Below are positions 10,048 to 21,658 of a DNA stretch of 64,000 bases, in pieces. Position numbers and translations under genes: made by a program. Origin of the DNA: Histomonas meleagridis 2922-C6/04-290x. Its lineage: Eukaryota; Protista; Parabasalia. The DNA lies in contig JAANOX010000022.1 in the NCBI GenBank assembly GCA_020184695.1, forward strand, positions 62,001 to 126,000. Reading direction: 5' to 3'. The first letter of the stretch is position 1. Each line of letters starts with the position of its first letter. The notes beneath the pieces were generated by a model. That model did no database searches. It saw only the letters and a list, made by a program, of their open reading frames with translations, and had not been told where the DNA came from.

Positions 10048-10896
10048 TTATAAAATATCAACGTTTTCGCTTGGGTACAGCTCCTGATAGATCTGCCTGA
10101 ATATGTCGTCCGATTTTCCCCTCAGAACAACATCCATAAATGGCGTTGCTCTTGTTGTTTCCGTATTCACTTCGATTAAAATTGTCCCATTTTGCTTAGC
10201 GACCTCTGCAAATGACAGCACTGGGTCAACTTCGCAATGTGTTCCAACAAGAAACAGAACATCACATTTCTGAATTTCATTGTATGCACCTTTTCGGACT
10301 CCTTCGTCAATCTTATCTTGAAAGAACTTCACTGAAGGCATTAAAACACTTTGGCATACATCACAATGAGGAGATTCACAGGTTTGCAGGACTTGTAACA
10401 AGTCAACATTTTTCTTTTGTTTACATTTCTCACAAAATCCGTAATCGTCAACCGCTCCATGCAATTCAAAAATTCTATCGTTGGAATTTTTGAATGTGTG
10501 TAAAGAATCAACGTTTTGTGTGATTATCGAGGAAACTACATGCTTTTGAACAAGCTCATGTAATATCTTATGCGCAAGAGATGGTTTTAAATCACCTTGA
10601 AGTTGAAGATTCCGAATGTTAGCAATTAATTTCCATGCTATATTTGGATCTTCATAAAATTTTTCTCTCGAATAATTCGGAATACTAAGGGCTTCCCATA
10701 GCCCGTTATGATTGTTTGACCGAAAGGTCGGAAGTGCATGTGAAGAAATGCCAGCACCTGTTATAACACACACTGATCCTGAATATTGTCGAATTAATCG
10801 TGCTGCTTCTTCAACTGTATTTTCACATTCCAATCTATAGCCCGCATCTATATCTTTAATTTCAAAATTGCCAAGATTGGAAAATAGTATTCCCAT
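10048..10896 (-). CDS. Sir2-family NAD-dependent deacylase (sirtuin)
   Basis: GAGIS..LPTFR, TQNVDSLH, ELHG, Zn-binding CEKC/CDVC, VGTHCEVDP, IEVN motifs. Confidence 0.93.
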   Translation of the reverse strand: MGILFSNLGNFEIKDIDAGYRLECENTVEEAARLIRQYSGSVCVITGAGISSHALPTFRSNNHNGLWEALSIPNYSREKFYEDPNIAWKLIANIRNLQLQGDLKPSLAHKILHELVQKHVVSSIITQNVDSLHTFKNSNDRIFELHGAVDDYGFCEKCKQKKNVDLLQVLQTCESPHCDVCQSVLMPSVKFFQDKIDEGVRKGAYNEIQKCDVLFLVGTHCEVDPVLSFAEVAKQNGTILIEVNTETTRATPFMDVVLRGKSDDIFRQIYQELYPSENVDIL

Positions 10897-11474
10897 CTGA
10901 AAACAAAGTTTAATCCAATCAAACTAAGTCAAAAATTCAATGAAAATAACGGTTTATATGTTTTGGTCCTGCGTCATTTAAGGATGTGAAACGAAGGAAA
11001 AAGTTTTGTGTCTTTGTTAAATTAAATATAAATCTAACTTAAATTATAAGGAAGTAAATTTATTTAATGGAATAGTAGTAAGCTGGCATACAAGTAGATT
11101 TTTTTTTTTAAGAATTATCATCGTGAAATTCAAAATTATTCATTTTATTTCTTTTTATAATCATATTCCATGGAATCACCTTTAAATTCATTATGAATAA
11201 AACAATTCGCAATGCTGAAAGTCAAGTAATTTTACTGTAATGAATGTAGAAATATGAATATTTTTACAAATTAATTTGTGAAATAATTTGGAATTTAATT
11301 GAAGTTTTTGTGATGTTTGCATGTATTTAATTTATTGTTGTTGAGGAGCACTTTCATATGAAACAAAGAAAATTTTGGTGTGTTAGGATCAAAAGTATAT
11401 CAAAAAGTGTTTAGTTTACAACTCTCAATGAATTTGATAAAGCACTATCAATAATTTGAATATTAAATGAGCAA

Positions 11475-12968
11475 ATGATTACAAATACATTTTCTACTCA
11501 ACACAGTAATTTAAATTTAACAGGGGCTCCTAGCGGAGACAGTAATCCAGGATTTGTAATTCATAGAAGAACAAGAGATGGATTTTTACCACGTCCTCAT
11601 AAAATATTTTCAAATTGGTCAAGCGGATATAAGTTACCACTAATTTGTTTTTGTGAGTGTGCCATTATGATAACATATCTTCTTTTAATAGTTTTTCACC
11701 AATATCTTTCTATCAACTTTTCTACAGATTTTAATAAAGCCATTGATCAATATTTTATTGAAGGATATGGATTTCCAGAACCAGAAGATATGCAACCAAA
11801 TCAGCTTGGATCTATTACATCTAAATCTAAACTTTTGGATATTATTAATCAAACATCAATACGTTATTTCGATTTTGCCGAACATTTTCCATGTTCAATG
11901 CCCATCCTATCCGAAGGTGAATTACATGTCACAATTACAGATGGTGATGATGAAGAAACTTCTGTTATTTATGTTTTAAATAATGTCTCTAGAATTATTG
12001 ATTTTGTTAATGCATCGTTATCAAATTTCCAATTTCTTTCTCTTTCTATGAGCTATAATCTACAAGATCTTCATGAACAGCAAAATAGCAAATATCTTAT
12101 TATTACAACGACAACATTTGAACTCGATCGAAATACTCATGTAATCGAAATGGATACCTCACATGCGTGGCATCCTATATCTGTTTCTTCACTTTCGACA
12201 ATTGTCAATTATCCAAATATTGCATTTTCAATTGTTAACATAACATTATCTGCTATAGCCATTATAATCACAATCATTAATATATATGAATTATATGTTT
12301 ATTCTCGTGAAAAGGCTTCAAGAGATTTCCAAAATGCAAAAAAACTTTTCTTTTCAAAATTTGATCGATGGATGATTTTTTCTTTAATTTCACATACAAT
12401 AACTATCACAGCTTGCATCCTATATAGCACGAGTAGTCAGATGCTTGGCGTATTGCCTTTTTCAAACGTGATGCTTGGGATCGCTTCAATGCTTCACTCG
12501 TTTTTGATGTTCCGTTATTTGAAGCAAAAACCGTCGACTCTGATCGTCGTTAACGTTCTCTTCAAAGGTGGTGTTTCAATTCTTTTATTCTTTTTAGGTT
12601 GTTTAATTATTTTCTTCGGATATATGGTTATGGGCGTTTGCGTTTTTGGACCTTTTTCAGATGTGTTCTCAACATTTATAGAATCATTTACTTCTTTAAT
12701 ATCTGTTACATATGGTGATTCGATATATGATATGTTCGATTCAGTTACATCTGTAATAAATTTACCTTCGATTGTGGGATTCATTTATATGCTTTTATGG
12801 ACAATGTTTTCGATTGTTATTATGTTTAACATTATGATTTCATTGTTTGAAGAAGCATTAGATTCAGTAATTTTCCATGCTGTGAATGAAGATACAAACC
12901 CTGAGACAGAGCAAGGGAAAATTATTGCTTCTCTTCCATTTAGATCTTATAGAAATGTGTATAAATAA
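11475..12968 (+). CDS. Mucolipin/polycystin-type (TRPML-like) cation channel
   Basis: TM1, a large luminal loop, five more TMs, and pore helix SFTSLISVTYGDSIYDMF resembling the mucolipin FSLINGDD pore; FNIMISLFEEA in S6. Confidence 0.75.
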   Translation: MITNTFSTQHSNLNLTGAPSGDSNPGFVIHRRTRDGFLPRPHKIFSNWSSGYKLPLICFCECAIMITYLLLIVFHQYLSINFSTDFNKAIDQYFIEGYGFPEPEDMQPNQLGSITSKSKLLDIINQTSIRYFDFAEHFPCSMPILSEGELHVTITDGDDEETSVIYVLNNVSRIIDFVNASLSNFQFLSLSMSYNLQDLHEQQNSKYLIITTTTFELDRNTHVIEMDTSHAWHPISVSSLSTIVNYPNIAFSIVNITLSAIAIIITIINIYELYVYSREKASRDFQNAKKLFFSKFDRWMIFSLISHTITITACILYSTSSQMLGVLPFSNVMLGIASMLHSFLMFRYLKQKPSTLIVVNVLFKGGVSILLFFLGCLIIFFGYMVMGVCVFGPFSDVFSTFIESFTSLISVTYGDSIYDMFDSVTSVINLPSIVGFIYMLLWTMFSIVIMFNIMISLFEEALDSVIFHAVNEDTNPETEQGKIIASLPFRSYRNVYK

Positions 12969-13035
12969 AAAACTTTTTTGTAAATATGTAATGTTATGTG
13001 AAATAATACGTTATGGAGCAATTCTTTGTTGTTTG

Positions 13036-15636
13036 ATGAAAAATAATGCTAACTCAAGTGTTTCAGAAGCACAACAACAACTAACAGAATTCAGTCAAAC
13101 AATTTTTACAGATTTACAACATGATTTTCATGAATTAAATCATGAAATTTCTGAAGATTCCCCACTAGAAGCTTTTCGTCAAGAATACGCTAAACTTTTT
13201 GGAATCTTGCAAAAGTCAATTACAAATCTTTCTCGTTATATTGAAAAATGCAGAATTTTAGAATCTGAAATTATTGGAAATAAAGCAAAAGTTAAAACAG
13301 TTACTAAATTAAGCGAAGAAGATGCAAAATCAATAGCAAATCTTAATGATGAAAACGAACGTAAACAAGTTATTTTAGCAGATACTCAAACAATTTTAAA
13401 AGATGTAATTGATGAAAACACATTTATTACATCAGAGATTAATAATTATGAAAACGAACTTGAAGAATGTGTTATTCATGAGAAAGGCCAAAAAGATCTT
13501 CTTAAACAACTTAAAACTCAAAGAGCAGAACTTACCAAACAACATGAAGAACTTTCAAATCAAATCCCAACTCTTCAAGAAGCCAACAAAACTGCATCTG
13601 AAAAGCTTTCACAACGAGAAAAGGATATAGCTGATTGTTATGATGATCTTAAACGTATTGAAGATATGTTAGAATCAAAACATAAAGAAGGTCAATTAGA
13701 ACAACAACGTCTTTTAGATCTTGAGCGTGATCGTGAAGCCACACGAAATCGTCTTAAAGAAACGCAGCAACTCTTTAAAGAGAAATCAAATGAAGTAAAT
13801 CAAGAGCAGGAGACCGTTAAGCAGCTTGAGAAAAAAGTTCGCGAACAAAAGCGACGATTTGAAGATGCAAAGCAAGACAAACAAGAAGCCAATGACTGTT
13901 CACAAAAACTTCAAAAAGATTTAGAAAATGTGAATCAACATATTTCATCAATTGAAGCAAATATCAAAGAAACGAATATAACAAGTAAAGCAAAGAATGA
14001 CATTGTCGAAAAACTTCGATCACAAGTCACGCAAAAAGAAAATGAACGAGATAAACTTCAATTAAAGCTTCAAGAATTACAAGATAATTTCGAAATAAAA
14101 CGAAAAGAAAATGATTCAGCACATATAAATGTCGATTCAAGTGAAACACGAATTGAAACTTTACGTCGAAATGGGGATTTCATCCGAAAGCAAATTGACG
14201 AATGTGTTCGCGATGAAAATTCCAAACATAAGAACAAAGAAAGCGAAATCCGAAAGCAAAATGAAGCAGAAACATTATTACAGTTATATAAGAACCAATC
14301 ATATAACATTGATTGCGAGATTATGATGATCAAAACCCAACTACAAGAGTTACAAAAGAAATTATATGGAATCGAAAGTGAACGCGAACATTATGCAGAT
14401 GAACTATCAAATGCTACATCGCAATATTCACATGCGCAAGAAGTATTAAAGAGTATCGAATCGAAGCAAGCAATAAAACAAAAAGAAATTGTTGAAAGTG
14501 ATCGCAAAGTACATCAACAACAAATGTTATATGAACAAGTTCGAAGTGAACGAGAAATTGCTTCCAAAAAAGTCAAAGAAGTTGAAACAGATATCAAATC
14601 ATTAGAATCGATGTTTAATCGGATGAAATTTACAATCGAACAACATAAAGATGATATTCGTCGTAAAGACAAAGAACGAATGAAAGATAAACATAATTTG
14701 GATAACATTATTATCGAAGATGGAAAACTTCGTGAAAAACTTGCCGAAATACAAATAGATACTGACACTGCAAACAAAGCGATTGTATCACTTGAAATCG
14801 AAATCAAAAAACTCGACCAAACTATCAAAGATGCAGAAAAGCAATTACAAATTGATGAACAAAAACTAAATGAAGTTAAGAAAGAACGCGACATGATGAG
14901 TAATCAAAACATCGAAAAAGAAATCGAATTACGAAATATGCATGAAAAACTTGAGATTATACGTAACCAATGTAATCGCGGCGAAAAAGATTATGACTTA
15001 AAAGAGTTAGAAATAAGTCATATTCAAGTACAACTTCAAAAAGATAAAAAGAAATTGGAAGAATTATCGAAAATTGATCTGCAACTTAATGAGAAACGAG
15101 AGAAAATTCATAAGTTACAAAAGGAATTGTTACAATTAAAAGCAGAAAGAACTGCAATGGAAGAAGAGTTAACAATTCCAATAAATATACATCGATGGAC
15201 TTTGTTACAAAGTTCTGATCCTGAAAGATTCGAACAATTAAAGAGATATCAAGAATTACAAGCGGAACTTATAAAGAAAACAAAAGAAGTTTCGGAGTTA
15301 CAAAACTTATTAAAGGCGAAAGAAAAAGAATTAAATGAATTAAATTTGCAAATGAAAAAGAAATGTAATAACAATGATTCGTTAATGCAAATAGATGATA
15401 TTAAAAATAGATATAAAACAGAAAATTATAACTTGGAACAAATTAACGCACAACTCGAAATGTATAGAGACGTGGTGAAGGAATATCGAAAGGAATTGGA
15501 CGAAGCTCAAAACGAGTTAAACAATGAAAGGAAAAAATGGATAAGACAGAAGAAAAAGGATATAAGAAATAGGCAGCAACTGAAGGAACAGCAACAAATT
15601 TTAGATGAAATGGGCGTCAAATTGACGGATGAATAA
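13036..15636 (+). CDS. CFAP58: Cilia- and flagella-associated protein 58-like coiled-coil protein
   Basis: About 870 aa of coiled coil with EEELTIPINIHRWTLLQSSDP (CFAP58 motif PxNxHRW..L..SDP). The ORF-track start overlaps the upstream gene; the start is ATG 13036 or 12991. Confidence 0.75.
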   Translation: MKNNANSSVSEAQQQLTEFSQTIFTDLQHDFHELNHEISEDSPLEAFRQEYAKLFGILQKSITNLSRYIEKCRILESEIIGNKAKVKTVTKLSEEDAKSIANLNDENERKQVILADTQTILKDVIDENTFITSEINNYENELEECVIHEKGQKDLLKQLKTQRAELTKQHEELSNQIPTLQEANKTASEKLSQREKDIADCYDDLKRIEDMLESKHKEGQLEQQRLLDLERDREATRNRLKETQQLFKEKSNEVNQEQETVKQLEKKVREQKRRFEDAKQDKQEANDCSQKLQKDLENVNQHISSIEANIKETNITSKAKNDIVEKLRSQVTQKENERDKLQLKLQELQDNFEIKRKENDSAHINVDSSETRIETLRRNGDFIRKQIDECVRDENSKHKNKESEIRKQNEAETLLQLYKNQSYNIDCEIMMIKTQLQELQKKLYGIESEREHYADELSNATSQYSHAQEVLKSIESKQAIKQKEIVESDRKVHQQQMLYEQVRSEREIASKKVKEVETDIKSLESMFNRMKFTIEQHKDDIRRKDKERMKDKHNLDNIIIEDGKLREKLAEIQIDTDTANKAIVSLEIEIKKLDQTIKDAEKQLQIDEQKLNEVKKERDMMSNQNIEKEIELRNMHEKLEIIRNQCNRGEKDYDLKELEISHIQVQLQKDKKKLEELSKIDLQLNEKREKIHKLQKELLQLKAERTAMEEELTIPINIHRWTLLQSSDPERFEQLKRYQELQAELIKKTKEVSELQNLLKAKEKELNELNLQMKKKCNNNDSLMQIDDIKNRYKTENYNLEQINAQLEMYRDVVKEYRKELDEAQNELNNERKKWIRQKKKDIRNRQQLKEQQQILDEMGVKLTDE

Positions 15637-16041
15637 AATGTTTTTATGTTTGAATTTAAATCTCATTTTGAAATTAGTCATATAGACTGCGAAAAACTGT
15701 GAACCTTGATAAGAATGTAAAGAATAGAAGAAAAAAGCTTTTTTCAATATAGAAAAAACATATATACATACCAAGTTTAATGAATATGAAATAATATTGT
15801 ATCTGAATCACAATGCCTTTTTAAAGAATCTATCGTTAAAAACTTCTGAGTTAAAATCTTCTGCATTTTAGGCAACAAACACCTTCTATCCCTAGAAGGA
15901 TCATTATATATTTTTTTCCAAGTTGTATGAAAGTAGACAGTTTTTCATGGTGTCTTTATTTATAAGTTTTTTATTGACAAAAATCGAGCTGATGTTAAAA
16001 GTTGTTGGTGTAAAATAGAAAGAAAGTTACATGTGTGATTT

Positions 16042-16434
16042 TTATTCAATTTCTTCAACATCTGAACCAAGATCATCCCATTCATCATTTTTACTGCTAT
16101 CACTAGAATCTTTGTCATCAAAAATATCTGCGTGCTGTTCAATTGCTGTGTTTGTTGTTGAGTTTAATGTATTTTGAATTGAATATCGACATGAAATTAT
16201 TGATTGTTTGGAATCCACTAACGATGAAGTTGCATTTTTCATCTCTTTAAGGGTTTCTCTTAACTTTTTAATTCGTTCTGTTGAGTTATCTGATTCTAAT
16301 TGTTGAAAAATATTTACTGATGCCGTGGAAGATTTGCATACATCAGAAAACGCGTAGCTATATGGATTCGAAAGAGCAATTATTGCATGTGTAAAATAAT
16401 TGTGGGCTGGCGAGAAGTTATTACTTGGGTGCAT
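16042..16434 (-). CDS. Hypothetical protein (~130 aa, acidic tail)
   Basis: Open frame from ATG 16434 with a short coiled coil and a DDKDSSDSSKNDEWDDLGSDVEEIE tail; no family recognised. Confidence 0.45.
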   Translation of the reverse strand: MHPSNNFSPAHNYFTHAIIALSNPYSYAFSDVCKSSTASVNIFQQLESDNSTERIKKLRETLKEMKNATSSLVDSKQSIISCRYSIQNTLNSTTNTAIEQHADIFDDKDSSDSSKNDEWDDLGSDVEEIE

Positions 16435-17115
16435 ATGTCTTTTAACAGTAATTGTTAAAAAATTCACACAAAAAATCTGAAGTAAAAGAATAAGCAAGAC
16501 TTACTCTTAAATTGATATTTTCAAAGTAAACCCCGAATGTATCAATTTATGTGAGTTCATGTAATTCAATTCTAAAAAAATATTGAAAAATTAATTTATC
16601 ATAAATGATTATTTTTTTTGCTGTTGGATATAGTTTTATGTGTTTTAAGGTTAAACCATTACATCATGTTGATTTTTCTGTTTTAAGATAGAATGAAATG
16701 CTTTTTGCCTAGATGTTTTTCCAGGCATATTTTTATACGAATCACTTATTACTACTAAACTACACACTCGGATTCATAGGAAAATGAGATAAAAATTAGA
16801 TACACGGTTCTAAAATAGTGGAAAAAACGGTGAAAAAATCACCGAAAAACACTTCATTTTTTTTGAAATCAAACAGATCGTTTCTAATTGAAAAAACGGT
16901 GAATCGTTTATTATTTTCTTCACGAAATTCTTCATTTATCTAACAAAAATTCGACATATAATCATTTTTTTAGACATTTATTTTGTATTATTCCTAACTG
17001 ACATTTGTTTTAAATATTTTATTTATGATTCGTTAAGATTTTAATTTTACAGCGGAAAAAATAAATTTTTCATTTAAAACCGAACAAGCACCTCGTAAAA
17101 AAGTGTCATTAAAAA

Positions 17116-18132
17116 ATGACTGATAACCCATTTGATAATTACAATAGTGATAATCCATTTGCAAATGATGACGTTGCAACACCTTCCGAGAACCCTTTTG
17201 CTAATCCACAAAATGTAATTTCAAATCCACCAACAGCATCTTATGAAGATCATTATACAACACCAACGCCACCACCAGCATCTTATGAAGATAATTATGT
17301 TCCTTCAGGTAGTGGTGGCGGAAAAGCTGTTTTTAAAGATCCTATTACAGGCGTACCAATTACAGATGAAGATCTTCGTAAACGCGAAGAAATGCTTGCA
17401 AAACGTGAACGCGAGATTGAAAGTCTCGAAAATCGTATTTCTTCTGGTGATATTCCAGTCAGAGAACCTCGCAAGAATTTCCCACCACTTCTTCGTTGGT
17501 GGTCCTATCATCCTGAGGAAGACTTACCAGAGAAAGCACAACCCATTGCCAAGCAAATATTTTACGTATATCTAGCCACAGTATTTGTATATCTCATTAA
17601 TTGCATTGGATGCTTCTGTTGTTTAGCCTCAGCGGAAAACACGTCATCACCTGCCACGAAAATTGTATTATCATTATTATTCCTTATAATCTTTTGTCCG
17701 ATATCATTTGAAATTTCATACTTTGTATTATATGGCGCATTACAAACTGGAAAAGGACTTCGATTTTTCTGTTTCATGGCAACATACATCATATGGTGCG
17801 GAATTTTAGTTTTTAATCTTATTGGAATTGACGATTCTGGCTCAGTCGGATTCATCCAAATGATTAACTTGTTCGGCGGACCTGCCGGCGTTGCTATTGT
17901 TTCGTTAGTGTTTTGTGTTCTCGGCTGTTTGGATGTGGCAGCAATGGTATTTACATTCATCAAATTAATAAGATATTACAAGTCTGAAGGACTCGAAAAG
18001 AAGGCATTCAGCGAAGCATCGCTGATTGCAGCTGAGAAGGCAAAGGAGAACAAGGATACAATTGTCGATGTTGCCAAAGAAAATCCAGAGTTTGTGGCTA
18101 ATGCTGCTTCAACAATAACAACCTACACATGA
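17116..18132 (+). CDS. SCAMP: Secretory carrier membrane protein
   Basis: N-terminal NPF repeats (DNPF, DNPF, ENPF), a coiled coil, NFPP motif and four TM segments. Confidence 0.9.
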   Translation: MTDNPFDNYNSDNPFANDDVATPSENPFANPQNVISNPPTASYEDHYTTPTPPPASYEDNYVPSGSGGGKAVFKDPITGVPITDEDLRKREEMLAKREREIESLENRISSGDIPVREPRKNFPPLLRWWSYHPEEDLPEKAQPIAKQIFYVYLATVFVYLINCIGCFCCLASAENTSSPATKIVLSLLFLIIFCPISFEISYFVLYGALQTGKGLRFFCFMATYIIWCGILVFNLIGIDDSGSVGFIQMINLFGGPAGVAIVSLVFCVLGCLDVAAMVFTFIKLIRYYKSEGLEKKAFSEASLIAAEKAKENKDTIVDVAKENPEFVANAASTITTYT

Positions 18133-18542
18133 AATATATTCAGTCTATGATTGAGTAAAAAAAAATGAATTTACAAAAAATGTGAAGTAAAATGGCGGTT
18201 GTGATGTGAACTGTCAAGAATTTGACAACTGAATTCTTTCAAATATTTGATAATTCTCAAATATTTTCAATTTTTTCTATGGACACACATTTTTAAACGA
18301 ATGATTTATTTCCAAGAGATATTGTTCGAATTCGAGTCATAGTCATCGAGCATTTGTGGAAAAAATCTTAATTTGAAAAAGTGGTGATTTTTGAAAATAA
18401 CCTCTGTTATAAAGTAATCAAAAAGATGTACTTTTTATGTAATTTATTATAATTTCAAATTCAGATGATAGTACGATAAATTGTGATATGATACGATAAC
18501 CAAAACGAATACATTTATGAATCACATCATTTTTTATATAAG

Positions 18543-18914
18543 ATGAGCAGGACAACATTAAATGATTATGACGCAATCATGGCTACTGTACAAAAGTATG
18601 TTGATGGATGCATCGAAGGTAAGAGCGAAATAATGAAACCAGCATTTGATGAAGGCGCAGTAATGTACGGAGTAAATGCTGATGGAACAGTTGCAGCAAA
18701 AGGATCAATTAACAATCTTTTCGCTGCTATTGATCAAGTTGGTGGCGATAAAAACGGAAAATCACGTGTTGATATTATTGACTCAACACCAAATACTGCA
18801 GTTGCACGCGTTGTTATGGAAAATTGGCATGGAACAGGTTTTGTTGATCATCACTCACTTATGAAGATGGACGGCCAATGGAAGATAGTCGCGAAAATTT
18901 ATCAATCAATCTAA
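18543..18914 (+). CDS. NTF2/SnoaL-fold putative lumazine-binding-type protein, bacterial-like
   Basis: 123 aa; DYDAI..TVQKYVDG...G....MKPAF...A.MYG and F.DHHSLMKMDGQWKIVAKIY are typical of the bacterial Lumazine_bd_2 family. Confidence 0.8.
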   Translation: MSRTTLNDYDAIMATVQKYVDGCIEGKSEIMKPAFDEGAVMYGVNADGTVAAKGSINNLFAAIDQVGGDKNGKSRVDIIDSTPNTAVARVVMENWHGTGFVDHHSLMKMDGQWKIVAKIYQSI

Positions 18915-19253
18915 ATAAAAAATGGTTGATAATTCTTTTTATTCTTGACGAATCACAAATTAACCCCAAGACATATACATCGATTATGGAAATATAAATA
19001 TGAAACTAATGAATAATTCGAAACATTAAAATATATATATACAATTGAAATATTTTAATGAATCTAAATACACCAACATATGTAAATTAAAATTCTGTTT
19101 ATAAAAGTAGCAAAGGAGCGATGGAATTATTTTTGTGAATCTAAAACGATGGAATTCACTTCAAAAAGTTCTATCGAAGTTTACATGTAAAGTGATATTC
19201 ACTAAATGCATTTGATGTGCGATTGAGGTATTAATGACAAATCAAATTATGTT

Positions 19254-20237
19254 TTATTGATGATCGAGATCCATTCTCAACATTTGATAAGCTGCAGCAA
19301 TTGCAACTGTTTGTATTCTCTCACTACATCCCTCAGCTATTCTTCTTTCGATTTGGGCCAAATTATCCAATATGTTTGCTAACGCATTTGAGTTCATTTC
19401 AAGTAGAACGGTTTGGCGATGTAATTCGCGGACAATGTCTAGTAAAGCAAGTCCCCTTTCGCATCTAAGTTGTTCAAGACTTTGTACAGATGCTTCCAAT
19501 GATTGGTTCATTAGATTTTGGAGTTGTGCTTTGATTTCTTCGGGTAATGGATAACCAGCACATAGGTAAACATTCGCTTCAGTAATAGTGCTTGTAGCGA
19601 GTGCTGTAGTTTGGAGAAGATTGATTGAACGACGAAGATCACCGTTGCCAAGAGTAAGGAGGGCAGAGATACCATCTTCGGTGAACTCTACGTTTTCTGA
19701 TTTACAGATATTGATAAGATATTCTGCTGCACTATCATTTGGAAGTGGTGGGAAACGAAATTCGGTACAACGTGAACGAAGAGCTGGAATAAGCTTCTCG
19801 GGGTAGTTACATATCATAATGAATCGAACGTTTGAGGAATACTTTTCCATTATACGACGAAGTGCTGCTTGTGCTGTGCTGGTCATAGCATCAGATTCAT
19901 CGAGTATAATGAGCTTGTGTCCTGTACCAAAAATCATACGAGTACTTGCAAAACGTTTGATTTGTTCACGGACAACATCTATGCCACGCTCGTCAGATGC
20001 ATTTAACTCAAGGACCATTGATTTGTATGTGTTTCCAAAAAGCTTAAGTGCAATAGCATGGGCCATAGTAGTTTTACCTGTTCCTGGTGGACCATAAAAT
20101 AGAAGATGTGGAAGACAGTTCTGCTCAATAAGTTTGTCAATCGTCGAGCGTGCTGCCTCATGGCTTATAATTTGGTCAAACGTCGTTGGGCGATATTTTT
20201 CAACCCATGGGAGCGTATCAGTTCTAGCTTCGCTCAT
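19254..20237 (-). CDS. RFC5: Replication factor C small subunit (RFC5/yeast Rfc3-like)
   Basis: PWVEKYRP, LPHLLFYGPPGTGKTT, ELNASDERGIDVVR, LDESD, SRC motifs. Confidence 0.9.
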   Translation of the reverse strand: MSEARTDTLPWVEKYRPTTFDQIISHEAARSTIDKLIEQNCLPHLLFYGPPGTGKTTMAHAIALKLFGNTYKSMVLELNASDERGIDVVREQIKRFASTRMIFGTGHKLIILDESDAMTSTAQAALRRIMEKYSSNVRFIMICNYPEKLIPALRSRCTEFRFPPLPNDSAAEYLINICKSENVEFTEDGISALLTLGNGDLRRSINLLQTTALATSTITEANVYLCAGYPLPEEIKAQLQNLMNQSLEASVQSLEQLRCERGLALLDIVRELHRQTVLLEMNSNALANILDNLAQIERRIAEGCSERIQTVAIAAAYQMLRMDLDHQ

Positions 20238-20776
20238 CTAAATGTTAACGGCCGAAAATGGAAAATGTGAACTTAGTGGCAAAAACATTTCTGGTCAAAT
20301 TATTAGCAATTTCATTTTTTCTCAATTTTTCATGTTGTGAGTGACTTCACTGCTGAAGGTGAAAATAAACTATTGAATTTTATTTTAATTGTCTGAATAA
20401 ATCTCATAACAAAACATTATTTTAAGCATATAAAACCTTTAATTTTTATTATTGCATGTTGACATTTATGAGTTTTTGATGTCAAGTTACAAATTGTAAA
20501 TAATTTGTTTTTGAAAATCGCCAATTTTTATATTAAAACGACATACTTCCAAATGTCAATTCGTTTATTGTTTATCACATTTATTTTTTGGGAAATTCGG
20601 ATGAAATTCCTTTTCCCGCTTCCGTTAATCAAGACGATAATATTTGCGCCTTTAAGAAAACATCCATTCAAAAAGTGCCATACGTTTAGGATTAATATTG
20701 AGCCAAGTTAGTCAATTATTACAGCAGCATTCAAATATTGATTTGGTAGTGAAACAACAGAAACACGATTATCAGT

Positions 20777-20783
20777 TCATTTT
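20777..20783 (+). promoter_or_regulatory. Initiator (Inr) element of the HMG gene
   Basis: TCATTTT lies 5 nt upstream of ATG 20789 and matches the trichomonad TCA+1YT Inr. Similar motifs precede the Ras, SCAMP and lumazine-binding genes. Confidence 0.55.
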
Positions 20784-20788
20784 CATAA

Positions 20789-21082
20789 ATGCCGAAGTCA
20801 GGTTCTGATAAACCAAAGCGTCCAAAGTCAGCATATAATGTTTTTGTTTCAGAAGCTCGCTTGAAGGTTATCGAAGAAGACCCAAGCATCGCTAAAAAGC
20901 AATCTGTTATCATGACAAAAGTTGCTGCTATGTGGAAGAAACTTACCGAAGAAGAAAAAATCCCATACAAAGAAAAGGCCGCTGCTATAAATGCTGAAAA
21001 TGGTATTGAACCAAAAGAAAAGAAGAAATCTTCTAAGAAGGCAAAGAAAGATAAAGAAGAAGAAGATGACGATGATGAATAA
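20789..21082 (+). CDS. HMG-box protein with basic/acidic tail
   Basis: PKRPKSAYNVF..E.R......P.......V...W..LTEEEKIPY..KA, then a Lys-rich stretch and EEEDDDDE. Confidence 0.92.
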   Translation: MPKSGSDKPKRPKSAYNVFVSEARLKVIEEDPSIAKKQSVIMTKVAAMWKKLTEEEKIPYKEKAAAINAENGIEPKEKKKSSKKAKKDKEEEDDDDE

Positions 21083-21658
21083 AAGAAATAAGCTGTATTT
21101 CTACCTCTATTTTCCAATTTTTTTTTTAAATTTAAATTTAAATTTTTGTATTTATGTCTGACCATTTAGGACAAACTTGATTTAGAAAGGTATTTCTGAT
21201 GTTTCATGAAACATGGGGCGTAAACTAAGAGAAAAAGCAGCCTAATAACAACATATCGAAAAACAGATTTATTTGGATAATCGTAATTTTGTGTATTCTG
21301 ATAATAAAGGCTGAAACTACGGTACATGGCATGTAGGTTATGATTTGATAACAACTTATGATTTAAAAGCTAATGAAAACAGTGATATGGTAACGAGATA
21401 TGAGGTTCGATATCCTTATTTAGCTCTGGAGCAGATATTTGAGATTATTTTCTCACAATTTTTTTGTATCGTAGAAATATTTGAATATAAATATCACCGA
21501 CATTTCAATGACACAATTTTTTATTCTCAAATATTGAAATGTCACTTTTCAATAATTATTATTTCTTTCATACAAAAAAAAAACAAGCAATGGAAAATTT
21601 TCGATTTTACAAAAACATTCCGCATAAACGCACTATATAATAAAGCCATGAAATATAT

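Noticed and set aside
12886-13035. Extended N-termini given by the ORF track (CFAP58 12886, RPS19 23434, WIPI 44579, bromodomain 53449, subtilisin 26029)
   Set aside because: They use TTG/non-ATG starts or overlap neighbouring genes or promoters; downstream ATGs fit family N-termini.
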